Origin: Malacoraja senta
Lineage: Eukaryota
DNA length: 64,000 bases
Direction of reading: 5' to 3'
Assembly (NCBI GenBank): GCA_038087875.1
Contig: CM075995.1
Span: forward strand, 3,908,001 to 3,972,000
Of the stretch, positions 47,873 to 60,600 are shown piece after piece. A program made the translations under genes and the position numbers. The number at the start of each line of letters is the position of its first letter. Positions within the stretch are counted from its first letter, which is position 1. Below the pieces are notes generated by a model. The model was not told the origin of the DNA. It searched no databases and saw nothing but the letters and a program-made list of their open reading frames with translations.

Positions 47873-49628
47873 GTTATAGATTCCTGCAGAATGGAAACAG
47901 GCTCTTCAGCCCAACTTGCCAACACTGACCAAGATGCCCCATCTACACTAGTCCCACCTGCCCGTGTTTGGCCCATATACCTCTATACCTGTCCTATCCA
48001 TGTAGCTGGCCAAATGTATTTTTAAAGTTGTTATAGTACCTGCCTCAACTACTTCCTCTGGCAGTTCGTTCCATGTACCAACCAGGCTCTGTGCGACAAA
48101 GTAGAACGATCTGTAGAAGGATCTCTATCCAAAACATCACCCATTCCTTCTCTCCAGAGATGCTTCCTGTCCCGTTGAGTTACTCCAGCTTTTTGTGTCT
48201 ATCTTGGGATACCACATCCTGACTGATCTTCTGATTAAGACATAGAGATCATAGAAAAATAGGTGCAGGCCATTCGGCCCTTCGAGCCGCCACCACCATT
48301 CAATATGATCATGGCTGATCATCTGAAATCAGTACCCCGTTCCTGCTTTTTCCCCATATCCCTTGATTTCTTTAGCCCATAAGAGCTAAATCTAACTCTC
48401 TCTTTGAGATGTGGGAGGAAAACCCAAAGATCTCAGAGAATATCCACGCGGGTCACGGGGAGAACGTATAAACTGCGTTCAGGCAGTACCTGTAGTCAGG
48501 ATCGAACCTGGTTCTCTGGCGCTGCAAGGCAGGAACTCTTCCGCTGCCCCACCGTGCCGCCCCAGGTGCTGAAATTCTGAGCAAACCACAAAGTGCTGGA
48601 TGAACTCAGCGGGTCAGGCAGCAGTCTGAAGAAGGGTCCTGATCTGAAACATCATCTGTTCATTCCCTGCACAGATGCAGCCTAACCTGCTGAGTTTGTT
48701 TGTGTTTTGCCGGGGATTATCTAACTTGCTTCCAGGGGCACGTTTAGTGTTTGTCCCAGCTCAGATGGAGAAATGCATCACTATGGATTGCATATGCTTC
48801 CCTCCTGCCTTCTTCCCTCAGCTCTCTCTGATGCAGACCCTTGTCAATGCCACATGAGAGTATGTAGTTGTCCAATGTAACTGTCTGAGTTGTCTCAACA
48901 TTGAATTATGGCACTGGGCAAGCACCATAACTTCAGTTTAGTTTAGTTTAGAGATACACTGCCTTCTTCCCTCAGCTCTCTCTGATGCAGACCCTTGGGT
49001 GACGTTTCAGGTCGGGACCCTTCTTCCGACTTCTAGGTTTCAACATTAAATTAATCATATAGAACTCCTTAACTGGGGTAACATAGAAACCACCTGACTG
49101 ATCATTCGACCGAAACGTTGCCTATTTCCTTCGCTCCATAGATGCTGCCTCACCAGCTGAGTTTCTCCAGCATTATTGTCTATCTTCGATTTTCCAGCAT
49201 CTGCAGTTCCTTCTTAAACATAGAACCACCTGAGATTTGTTAACCTGGTGGAAATCAAAGAGACTTTTCAACAGTTTCTTGTCCAAGAAGGTGGTTTAAT
49301 GAGGAATGCTGTGGGTCTGGAGGAGCCATTAACAAAAGCCAATCTTTACAGTCTTCAGCGATATCTGCTTTAGGAATAGGGTTGAGACACTCGAGAATAA
49401 GGTTGAGACAACTTAACCAAGTAACTTTTTCACACAAAGGGTGGAGGGCGTATGGAACGAGCTTCCAAAGGAGGAGGACTATTGCAACGTTTAAGAAAAA
49501 ACTAGACAGGTACATGGAGAGGACAGGTTTGGGGGGATGTGGGCCAAACACAGGCAGGTAGGAATAGTGTAGATCGGACTTGTTGGTCGGTGTGGCTAAG
49601 TTGGACCAAAGGGCCTGTTTCCACACTA

Positions 49629-51245
49629 CAGTGGCTTGCAAAGGTTTTCATACCCCTTGAACTTTTCCACATTTTGTCACGTTACAACCACAAACGTAAA
49701 TGTATTTTATTGGGATTTTATGTGTTAGACCAACACAAAGTGGTGCATAATTGTGAAGTGGAAGGAAAATGATACATGGTTTTCAAATTTTTTTACAAAT
49801 AAAAAACTGAAAAGTGTGGCGTGCAAAAGTATTCAGCCCCCCTGAGTCAATACTTTGTAGAACCACCTTTCACTGCAATTACAGCTGCAAGTCTTTTGGG
49901 GTATGTCTCTACCAGCTTTGCACATCTAGAGACTGAAATTTTTGCCAATTCTTCTTTGCAAAATAGCTCAAGCTCAGTCAGATTGGATGGAGTGCGTCTG
50001 TGAACAGCAATTTTCAAGTCTTGCCAGAGATTCTCAATTGGATTTAGGTCTGGACTTTGACTGGTCCATTCTAACACATGAATATGCTTTGATCTAAACC
50101 ATTCCATTGTAGCTCTGGCTGTATGTTTAGGGTCGTTGTCTTGCTGGAAGGTGAACCTCCGCCCCAGTCTCAAGTCTTTTGCAGACTCTAACATGTTTTC
50201 TTCCAAGATTGCCCTGTATTTGGCTCCATCGATCTTCCCATCAACTCTGACCAACTTCCCTGTCCCTGCTGAAGAAAAGCATCCCCACAGCATGATGCTG
50301 CCACCACCATGTTTCACAGTGGGGATGGTGTGTTCAGGGTGATGTGCAGTGTTAGGTTTCCGCCACACATAGCGTTTTGCATTTAGGCCAAACACTTCAA
50401 TTTTGGTCTCATCTGACCAGAGCACCTTCCTCCACATGTTTGCTGTGTCCCCCACATGGCTTGTGGCAAACTGCAAACGGGACTTCTTATGGCTTTTTTT
50501 CAACAATGGCTTACTTCTTGCCTCTCTTCCATAAAGGCCCGATTTGTGGAGTGCACGACTAATAGTTGTCCTGTGGACAGATTCTCCCACCTGAGCTGTG
50601 GATCTCTGCAGCTCCTCCAAAGTTACCATGGGCCTCTTGGCTGCTTCTCTGCTCAATGCTCTCCTTGCCCGGCCTGTCAGTTTAGGTGGACGGCCATGTC
50701 TTGGTAGGTTTGCAGTTGTGCCATACTCTTTCCATTTTCGGATGATGGATTGAACAGTGCTCCGTGAGATGTTCAAAGCTTGGGATATTTTTTTATAACC
50801 TATCCCTGCTTTAAACTTCTCCACAACTTTATCCCTGACCTGTCTGGTGTGTTCGTTGGGCTTCATGATGCTGCTTGTTCACTAATGTTCTCTAACAAAC
50901 CTCTGAGGCCTTCACAGAACAGCTGTATTTATACTGAGATTAGATTACACACAAGTGGACTCTATTTACTAATTAGGTGACTTCTGAAGGCAATTGGTTG
51001 CACTGGATTTTATTTAGGGGTATCAGAGTAAAGGGGGCTGAATACTTTTGCACACCACACTTTTCAGTTTTTTATTTGTAAAAAAATTTGAAAACCATGT
51101 ATCATTTTCCTTCCACTTCACAATTATGCGCCACTTTGTGTTGGTCTATCACATAAAATCTCAATAAAATACATTTACGTTTGTGGTTATAACGTGACAA
51201 AATGTGGAAAAGTTCAAGGGGTATGAATACTTTTGCAAGCCACTG
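49629..51245 (-). mobile_element. Full-length Tc1 transposon, IR/DR type
   Basis: TA|CAGTGGCTTGCAAA...TTTGCAAGCCACTG|TA; about 215-bp TIRs with outer and inner GCAAAAGTATTCA..CCCC direct repeats; inserted in a CR1 tail. Confidence 0.97.
49847..50866 (-). CDS. Tc1 DD34E transposase, 339 aa, uninterrupted
   Basis: Paired-like HTH, GRPPKL, WSDETK, FQQDNDPKH, SPDLNPIE; 34 residues between the second D and E. Confidence 0.96.
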   Translation of the reverse strand: MKPNEHTRQVRDKVVEKFKAGIGYKKISQALNISRSTVQSIIRKWKEYGTTANLPRHGRPPKLTGRARRALSREAAKRPMVTLEELQRSTAQVGESVHRTTISRALHKSGLYGREARSKPLLKKSHKKSRLQFATSHVGDTANMWRKVLWSDETKIEVFGLNAKRYVWRKPNTAHHPEHTIPTVKHGGGSIMLWGCFSSAGTGKLVRVDGKIDGAKYRAILEENMLESAKDLRLGRRFTFQQDNDPKHTARATMEWFRSKHIHVLEWTSQSPDLNPIENLWQDLKIAVHRRTPSNLTELELFCKEELAKISVSRCAKLVETYPKRLAAVIAVKGGSTKY

Positions 51246-51519
51246 TATATGACTCTGTGACTCAATGACTCTATGACTATGAGTTTATGACTCTTAATAC
51301 CAACTCTCCCTACCATCCAATTCCATCACTGAGCTCTTGTTCCTTTCCTTGATGCTGCTGCATCCTCCAGCACCGTAATTCCTCATACCCACCTCAGGTG
51401 ACTCATTCTGCAATGCACCATCCTCCAATTCTCCACCCCCTAACGCCCTATTATCCTCCACTCTCAGATTTGGTAGATATGTTCCAACTACTCAGTTTAT
51501 GTATGGGGGGGATATTAAC

Positions 51520-53620
51520 CATACAGAAACATAGAAACATAGCAAATAGGTGCAGGAGTATGCCATTCGGCCCTTCGAACCAGCACCGCCATTCAATATG
51601 ATCATGGCTGATCATCCAGAATCAGTACCCCGTTCCCGATTTATCCCCATATCCCTTGATTCCGTTAGCCCTAAGAGCTATATCTAAATCTCTCTTGAAA
51701 ACATCCAGTGAATTGGCCCCCACTGCCTTCTGTGGCAGAGAATGCCAAGAATTCACAACTCTCTGGGTGAAAAAGTGTTTCCTCATATTAGTCCTAAATG
51801 GCCAACCCCTTATTCATAAACTGTGACCCCTGGTTCTGGACTCCCCCAACATCGGGAACATTTTTCCTGCATCTAGCCTGCCTAATCCCTTAAGAATGTT
51901 ATATGTTTCTATAAGATCCCCTCTGATCCTTCTAAATTCCAGTGAATATAAGCCCATATTTTTTTTTATCAGGATTTGTGATTCACTCCCTTTACCCTAT
52001 CAATACCATGGCAGTTGTTAACTCTGCATTCCACAATATAACATCCCACATTTTAAAACATTCTCTCCTTCATCCCCCAACTCACAAATTGCCATTTTAA
52101 TGGCTTGTTATATAACACATTATTAAACATATCCCAGTGGAGTGAGCAAGCTGTTTATTGAAAAAAAATGTTTTCACAGTGAGAGTGAGTTGGATTTGTT
52201 AGCACCTGCATGCATTTCATTGATATAATGCTTTGAGTTAATTTACTGATATTGTCTTTCACCATGAAGTTCATTTATTTCATTTAAGTCATTCAATAGA
52301 CATTAGACAATAGGTGCAGGAGTAGGCCATTCGGCCCCTCGAGCCAGCACTGCCATTCAATGTGATCATGGCTGATTATCCACTATCAGTATCTTCTCCC
52401 CATATCGCTTGACTTTGCTATCTTTAAGAGCTGTATCTAACTCTCTCGTGAAAGCATCCAGAGAACCAGCCTCCACCGCCTTCTGAGGCAGAGAATTCCG
52501 GAGACTCACAACTCTCTGTGTGAAAAAGTTTTTCTTCATCTCTGTTCTAAATGGCTTACCCCTTATTCTTAAACTGTGGCCCCTGGTTCTGGACTCCCCC
52601 AACACCGGGAACATTCTTAGAAGTCTTCTAACAATGATAGACACAATTTGCCACAGTAACTCAGCGGGTCAGGCAGCATCTCTGGAGGAAAAGGATGGGT
52701 AACATTTCAGTTCGGGACCATTCCACAGACTGGGGGCGGGGGAGGGAGGCGCCACAGAGGTAGAGTTGCAGCTTTTCAGCGCCAGAGACCCGGGTTCGAA
52801 CCTGACCAGGGCTGCTGTCTGTACGGTGTTTGTATGTTCACCCCGTGACCACGTGGGTATTCTCCGGGTGCTCCAGTTTCCTACCACACTCCAAAGACAT
52901 ACTGGTTTGTAGGTTAATTGGATTCGGTTAAGATTGTAAATTGTCCCTCCTGTGTGTAGGATAGCGTTAGTGTGCAGGGATCACTGGTTGCCGTGGACTC
53001 GGTGGGCCAAAGGGCCCGTTCATGCGCTGTATCTCTAAACTAAACACGTAAAACCACGATATGCTCCTCAATACGTTGCCTGAACTTTGGATGTCCCTCT
53101 GGATTGCAATTGTGTCTGCACAGCACCAGCAATCATAAGGTCCTAAGGTCGTTAGTGATAGGAGCAGAACTAGGCCAGTCGGCCCATCAAGTCTACTCCG
53201 CCATCCAATCATGGCTAATCTATCTCTCCCTCCAAACCCCATTCCCCTGCCTTCTTCCCACTACCCCTGATACCCGTACTAATCAATTATCTATCTATCT
53301 CTGCCCTAAAATATCCATTGACGGCCTTCACAGCCTTCTGTGGCAAAAAATTCCACTGATTCACCACCCTCTGATTAAAGGAATTCCTCCACATCTCCTT
53401 CCTAAAAGAACATCCTTTAATTCTGAGGCTCTAGTCCTAGATTCTCCCACTAGTGGAAACATCCTCTCCACATCCACTCTATCCAGGCCTTTCATTATTC
53501 GGTAAGTTTCAATGAAATTCCCCCCTCTTCCTTCTAAACTCCAGCGAGTACAGGCCCAGTGCCGTCAAACGCTCATCTTATGTTAACCCACTTATTCCTG
53601 GGATCATTCATGTAAACCTC
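51520..53620. mobile_element. CR1 3' fragments (51520-51956 -, 52294-52613 -, 53140-53620 -) and a V-SINE (52745-53045 +)
   Basis: Family motifs as above. Confidence 0.85.
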
Positions 53621-53819
53621 CTTTGAACCAGTCCTTTTTCTCTCTTGGTATATTGGCCTTCACTTAGGCAGTGGACCTCTCCTGACAAAGGCATTGGGAG
53701 CTGGATGTGGTGTGAAGAGCTCTCCCGTGCTTCTTCAAGGTCTACAGTTGGGATAGACTCGGGCAATGTGGTTCCCATAATTTTAATATGCTTCCATTGA
53801 GCAGAATTGGAGATATCGG

Positions 53820-54120
53820 GTCGCAAAGTGGCACAGAGCTGCTGCCTTACAGCGTTTGCAGCGCAAGAGACCAGGGTTTAATCCTGACTACGGGTGTTGT
53901 CCGTATGATGTTTGTATCCATGTGGGTTTTCTTTGAGATCTTCGATTTCCTCCCACACTCCAAAGACGTACGCGTTTGTAGGTTAATTGGCTTGGTATAA
54001 ATGTAAAAATTGTTCCTGGTGTGTGCCGGATAGTGTTAATGTGCGGTCATCTCTGGTCGGTACAGACCCGGTGGGCCAAAGGGCCTGTTTACGCGCTGTA
54101 TCTCTAAACAAAACTAAAAC
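53820..54120 (+). mobile_element. tRNA-derived V-SINE
   Basis: Family motifs. Confidence 0.85.
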
Positions 54121-54722
54121 ACTCCACATCCTTCTGGATACGAGGAAAACCTCAACTATGACTTTTGCAGGGACAACAACTGGAAGCAGAGAAACCTCAG
54201 CTGCTGACAAATTGGAACATTACATTGTACAGAAACCCTTTCAAATGATCAAAGCCTGCGCTGCAATGCAATGGGTGAACCTATGTGTGAAGGATTGTAC
54301 ATATGTGGTTTACTAATCTATTGACTGCCTTTTGTATGCAGACCTAGATTGTTTATTCATCTCAGACCTCACCTCAGAACCTGTCTCACTAAACGGCACA
54401 GTGCGGAGAATAGTTATGTTGAACACGTGACAATCACTTTGTACAGTCCTACGTAATTGTTATTTCAGGTACTCATTATTTTCCTGGCGCCGGCTGCAGT
54501 TAAGAAAATCCAGACTTAGATGTGGTCTAATATAGGGTTCGTTTAAAGGGGCCAACCCATCAAGGTAAGTTTTCAAACTCATTTTTTGCCTGACATGGAG
54601 GCAGCATATCTTTAGTTACGGCATTCTAGCAGGTTATTAACCTCTACTGCCCCACCAGACAAACCGGCATAGCCAAACCACCAACCAAACCAGAATGTCA
54701 AGAAGTTAAGAATAGTTTAATA

Positions 54723-56398
54723 AGTTTAAGAATAAGGGGTCGGCCATTTACGACTGAGATGAGGAAAAGCTTTTTCACCCAGAGAGTTGTGAATCTGTGC
54801 AATTCTCTGCCACAGGCAGCAGTGGAGGCCGATTCACTGGATGTTTTCAAGAGTGAGTTAGATTTAGCTCTTAGGGCCAAAGGAATCAAGGGATTTGGCG
54901 ATAAAGCCGGAACGGGGTACTGATTGGGGATGATCAGCCATGATCATATTGAATGGCGGTGCTGGCTCAAAGGGCCGAATGGCCTACTCATGCACCTATT
55001 TTTCTATGTTTCTAAGTTCTTGTGGCTTTGATTCTTATGTGATTTTTTTGCTAACAAGCAGTAACACTGTGATCTTTCCCGTTCAAAAACTGTAAATACC
55101 TGGGCGTGCATGTCTGTGAAGATCTGTCCTGGACCCAGCACGTTGATGTAATCATAAAGTCAGCCCTTCAACGCCTCTAGACCGTAGACATTAGACTTTA
55201 GAGATACAGCGTGGAAATAGGCCCTTCGGCCCACCGAGGCCGCGCCGACTAGCGATCACCCCGCACACTAGCGCTATCCTACACGCTAGGGACAATTTAC
55301 AATTTACATAAGCCAATTAACCAACAAACCTGTACATCTTTGAAAAGTGTGGGAGGAAACCGTAGCTCTCAGAGAAAGCCCACACAGTCACAGGGAGAAT
55401 GTACAACCTCCGTACAGACAGCAGCCATAGTCAGGATCATACCCGGGTCTCTGGCGCTGTAAGGCAGCAACTCTATCGCTGCGCCACTGTGCCGCCTTTA
55501 TTTACTTGGAAGATTGAGGAGATTCAGCATCTTGACGCATACTCTCTTGAACATCTACAGGTGAACATCTACAGTCGAGAGCAGATTGGCTGGTTCTACG
55601 ACAGCGTGGGTCAGCAATGCCCAGGCATGAAGTAAATTGCAAAAGGTGGGGGACCCATGTCCATCACGGGTATTGACCTCCCCAACATCGAAGGGATCTA
55701 CAGATGTTTCTGCCTCAAAAAGCAGCCAGCTTCATCAGAGACCCACACCACCCTGGCCACGCTCTCATTTCACTTCTGCCATCCAGAAGAAGATACAGGA
55801 GCCTGACAACTATAACATCCCAGTGCAGGAGAACCTTCTTCCCCACAACCATCAGGCTATTAAATATTACAACCTCCCACTAGGCTCTGAACTATATTGA
55901 ATTTGGGGGCATTGTTTTTTTGTCTTTGCACTGTTATTGATTGATTGTTAGTGTGTGTTTTTTCTTAATGTACTGAAGATCCAAGTAGACAACCCACCAC
56001 CACAGGGATGGACATTAACGGCAAAATCTGCTCACTCGAGAATTCTTGAGACTGCAGGGCATTTAACCATATAACCATATAACAATTACAGCACGGAAAC
56101 AGGCCATCTCGGTCCTTCTAGTCCGGGCTGAACACTTACTCTCACCTAGTCCCATCTACCTGCACTCAGACCATAACCCTCCATTCCTTTCCCGTCCATA
56201 TACCTATCCAATTTATTTTTAAATGATAAAATCGAACCTGCCTCCACCACTTCCACTGGAAGCTCATTCCACACAGCTACCACTCTCTGAGTAAAGAAGT
56301 TGCCCCTCATGTTACCCCTAAACTTTTGTCCCTTAATTCTCAAATCATGTCCTCTTGTTTGAATCTTCCCTACTCTCAGTGGAAAAAGCTTATCCACG
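54723..56398. mobile_element. CR1 (54723-55015 +), V-SINE (55195-55496 -), Rex/Babar (55640-55980 +), CR1 (56067-56398 -)
   Basis: CR1 FFTQRVVAVWNELP; Rex-like DPHHPGHALISLLPSRRRYRSL; SINE motifs. Confidence 0.8.
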
Positions 56399-56523
56399 TA
56401 AAATAGAATTTTAAAATAGAACTGGTGAAGATGATCAATACAATCCACTATTGCTTGTGGTTTCATTGCAATTTTGGAGGTTACTCCAGTTTATTCCATT
56501 ATGATCACGGGCAAGTATGGCCA

Positions 56524-57021
56524 ATACTTACCTGGCAGGGGAGAATCGGTGGTCATGATGGCCGATCTCAAGGGACGAGGTTATCCCATTGCACATCGTG
56601 TGTGCTGACGCCTGCGATGTCCCAAAATTAAGGTGGTGGGTGTATGGAACAAGCTGCCAGAGGAGGTAGTTGAGGCTGGGTCTATCCCACCGTTTAAGAA
56701 ACAGTTAGACAGGTACATGGATAGGACAGGTTTGGACAGATATGGACCAAACGCAAGCAGGTGGCACTAGTGTAGCTGGGACATTTGTGGCTGAAGAGGG
56801 GTTTCGGCCCGAAACGTTGCCTATTTCCTTCGCTCCATAGATGCTGCTGCACCCGCTGAGTTTCTCCAGCATTTTTGTGTACCTTGTAGCTGGGACATGT
56901 TGGTCGGTGTGGGCAAGTTGGGCCTAAGGGCCTGTTTCCACACCGTATCACTCTATAACTCTATGACTAAATGCGGGGGTACTCAACTGCAAACGCGTGG
57001 TAGTGGGGGACTGGGTTCGCG
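56524..57021 (+). pseudogene. RNU1: U1 snRNA-derived sequence (variant), split by a CR1 insertion at 56629-56968
   Basis: ATACTTACCTGGCAGGGGAGA 5' end; CCATTGCAC (U1A loop); CTGCGAT.TCCC.AAAT. Resumes at 56969 with AAATGCGGG..CTC.ACTGCA..GTGGTAGTGGGGGACTG.GTTCGCG. Sm site degenerate. Confidence 0.9.
56785..56884 (+). mobile_element. 100-bp Penelope-derived hammerhead-like mini-element
   Basis: 14-bp TSD TGTAGCTGGGACAT (56771-56784 / 56885-56898); nearly identical to 11898-11994. Confidence 0.85.
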
Positions 57022-57320
57022 GCCACGGTGGCGCAGCGGTAAAGTTGTTGCCTTCCACCGCATGCAGCGCCGGAGACCCGGGTTCGATCCCGATTACAGG
57101 TGCTTGTCTGCACGGAGTTTGTACGTTCTCCCCGTGACCCGCTTTCTCCGAGATCTTCGGTTTCTTCCCGCACTCCAAAGACATACAGGTATGTAGGTTA
57201 ATTAGCTTGGTGTATGTGTAAAATTGTCCCTAATGGGCGTGGGATAGTGTTAATGTGCGGGGATCACTGGTCGGTGTGGACTCGGTGAACTGAAGGGCCT
57301 GATTCCGCGTTGTATCTCTT
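57021..57320 (+). mobile_element. tRNA-derived V-SINE directly abutting the U1 3' part
   Basis: GGCCACGGTGGCGCAGCGG head starts where U1 similarity stops. Confidence 0.9.
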
Positions 57321-57636
57321 AAAAGAAAAGTCTATTTTGCAGTCATGTAACTGCACTCACCAGGAACAAGGGATGCAATGCCTGGAAGTGGGGCACATAG
57401 TCAGGATCAAGTGGCTGCTAATCAGCCAGAATAAAGTGAAGGATAATGTTCCTGGAGCACTGATCCAATGGTGCACTTTCACCCCAACTTGAGAAGTCCA
57501 CCAGCGTGACATTCATTTCCTCCAACAGACAGACATTGACGTGATTATTTTTCAGTGTAACTGCCAATTAGTGCCGAATTATGGTGTGTTGTGGACCTGG
57601 TAGTGATAAAAAGGAGACTTGGTCGACTGAAACTCA

Positions 57637-60600
57637 TTTAGAGTTTAGAGTTTAGAGATACAGCACGGAAACAAGCCCTTCACATTTGTCGGGTCCGGGC
57701 TGACCAGCGATCCCCGTACACCAGCACTATCCTACACACTGGGGACAATTTACAATCTTTACTGAAGCCTGTATGTCTTTAGAATGCGGGATGAAAGCAG
57801 AGCACTCAAGGAAATCCCGCTCGTTCACGGGGAGAATGTGCAGACAGTACCCGGAGGCAGGATCGAACCCAGGTCTCCATCACTATAAGGCAGCAACTCC
57901 ACCGCTGCGCCACCGTGCCACTCCTCAGGAACCTTCAGACAGGAACCTTATAGCCATGGGAAAGGAGGCTGTGAATACTTTGGATGCAAGCACAGCCTTT
58001 TGCGGTGGAAGGCTATCATTTAAATCTGTCCCATTACCGAGTCCTTCACTAACAGCTTTTTTTTCATATGTAGATAATTATTTCAGAATTCTCAAAGTCC
58101 CGAGTGCATTTGTGATGCTGTTTGCCTGAGCAGATTTTCTCCTGACTTTAAGGTGTGAAAAGAAAGTTATAATTCTCAGGTGGGAATTGGCCCTTATGGA
58201 CTTCACATATTGCAAGCTCGTGCTTCTGAATCTATGAGAATATTATTGACAGGCAGGGTGAAGTTATTTCCTCTCCAGAAGGTGCAATACATTTCAGTTG
58301 AGCCAGCTGGTGCCTTGAAAACAGACTGAGGGGAAGGGGATGAGAACTGGATATGAAAGAAAAAAGAAAACATCTGTTAGCTTATGCACATCTGTAAATT
58401 CTGATTTTTAATTTTATTTTCGAGTTTTTGGACCATGAAATTTTAAGCAGCACGGTGCCGCAGGGGTAGAGTTGCTGCCTTACAACGCCAGAGACCCGGG
58501 TTCGATCCTGGCTACGGGTGATGTCTGTACGGAGTATGTACGTTTTCCCCTGATCGCTTGGGTTTTCCCCGGGTGCTCCGGTTTCCTCCCACACTCCAAA
58601 GACATACAGGTTTGTAGGTTAATTGGCTTTGGTAAAGATTGTAAATTATCCCTAGTGTGTAGGGTAGTGTTAGTGTATAGGGATCGCTGGTTGGCCGAAG
58701 GGCCTGTTTCTATGCTGTATCTCTAAACTAAACTAAACTAATTGTCTCGGGTTGAGATTTAAGTCTCCAGTCTGGATCTGGGAGCTGAACAATGAGTCTG
58801 AAGAAGGGTCCCAACCCTAAACTTGTCTTTTCTCGAGAGATAGACACAAAAAGCTGGAGTGATTCAGTAGGACAGGCAGCATCTCTGGAGAGAAGGAATG
58901 GGTGACATTTTGGGTCGAGATCCTTCTTCTCTTTCTTTTAAAATCTTTTATTGTTTTTTTTTCAAAAAAACAACAAAAAAACATAAAAAACAGAGCAAAA
59001 AGAATAATAAACATAACAATGGTATTGATACATAGGGATCAGGATTACATTAATAACAGGTATAACCTAATATGAGACCAGTGTCAAAATACACAATGAA
59101 TATAGACCTCTATGTAAATATAGTTAAATCTTTAAAAGGGAACTTATAAATGTAAAAAAAACTGCAAAGATAAAAAGACAAAAAGAAAAAGAAAAAAGGA
59201 AAAAGACAAAACCCCCCTAAACTAAAGAAAAAAAAAATTAATAATAATAAAATAAGAATAAAAATAAAATAAATAAAAAAACAAAGCAAAGCAAAACAGA
59301 ATCTGAACTGAGAATTTCAACAATTTAAGTCTGTTTGTCGTCAAGTCCGTTCCACCCTATAGAGGTAAAATAAGAGACCCTTCTTCTCTGATGGAGCAGG
59401 GCTAACATTACCTGGTGCGACAGATGCTAAACCAATTGGGATTTCTGAATAATCGGATAGTGGATTATCATAAATAAATTACTCCAGCACTTTGTGTTTA
59501 GTTTAGTTTAGCTTAGTTTAGAGATAAGGCACAGAAACAGGCCCACAAAGTCCGCACCGACCAGCGATCCCCACACACTAACACTATCCTACAGACACTT
59601 TATAGACAATTTACATTTATACCAAGCCAACTAGCCTACAAACCTGTACGTCTTTGTAGTGTGGGAGGAAACCGAATTTCTCACGCGGTCACGGGGAGAA
59701 CGTACAAACCGTACAGACAGCACCCGTAGTCGGGATCGAACCTGGGTCGCCGGCGCTGCAAGCGCTGTAAGGCAGCAACTCTACCGCTGCGCCACTGTGC
59801 CGCCCTATTATTTTGTAATAATATTTTGTAAACCAACATCTTCCAGTGGATTTGCAGTTTTGCAGTAATAGTTTTATGGTAATAATCAGTGAGGGACCCC
59901 TTAAATGGAATTTGAAATCGCAATAGATATATAGCAATCAATATTTCTCATGTTGAACCGGTGCCCAAAGGCAGAAGGTGCCACCACATACTCAGTATTA
60001 ATGGATAGAGACATTTCGGGTTGGACCCTTTTCCAGACCAATCTGAAGAAGTGCCCCAACCCGAAACGTCACCTGTCCATTTTTTCCAGTGATGCTGCCT
60101 AACCCGCTGAGTTAGTCCTGAATTTTGTGTCTCTTTGTGTCTATCTAAACCAGCATCTGCAGTTCCATTGTATTTGTGTAAGAAGGAACAGCAAATGCTG
60201 GCTCACACCGAAGATAGACACAAAATGCTGGTGTAACTCAACGGGTCAGGCAGCATCACAGGAGAAAAGGAATAGGTGACGTTCCGGGTCAAGACCCTTC
60301 ATCAGATTGTTCCTTTTTATTACTCAGTATTAATGTTCAGTCTTGGTAGAATGTTATGATTTCATTTGAGTGACTGTGTTCTCATCCTTCAACATTACAA
60401 GCCAGGAAGAGGTGTTTATTTTGGTATGTGGATGTGTGGTGTAATTGCTGCATGATAATGCGAGTCTGAGCATCAACATCTGTGCATGTGAGAGAATCAT
60501 TAAACTTGTCTTTGGCAGTAGAATCGCTAAAAGGAATTATTCCATTGATTCCAAACCCGTCCCTCTGGTCATTATCACATTTCTGTTTGTGACGCCTTGC

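Noticed and set aside
48807..48997. 38-bp direct repeat
   Set aside because: Small local duplication beside repeat fragments; nothing supports a function.
56524..57021. Functional U1 gene
   Set aside because: Interrupted by a CR1, Sm site degenerate, 3' end missing.
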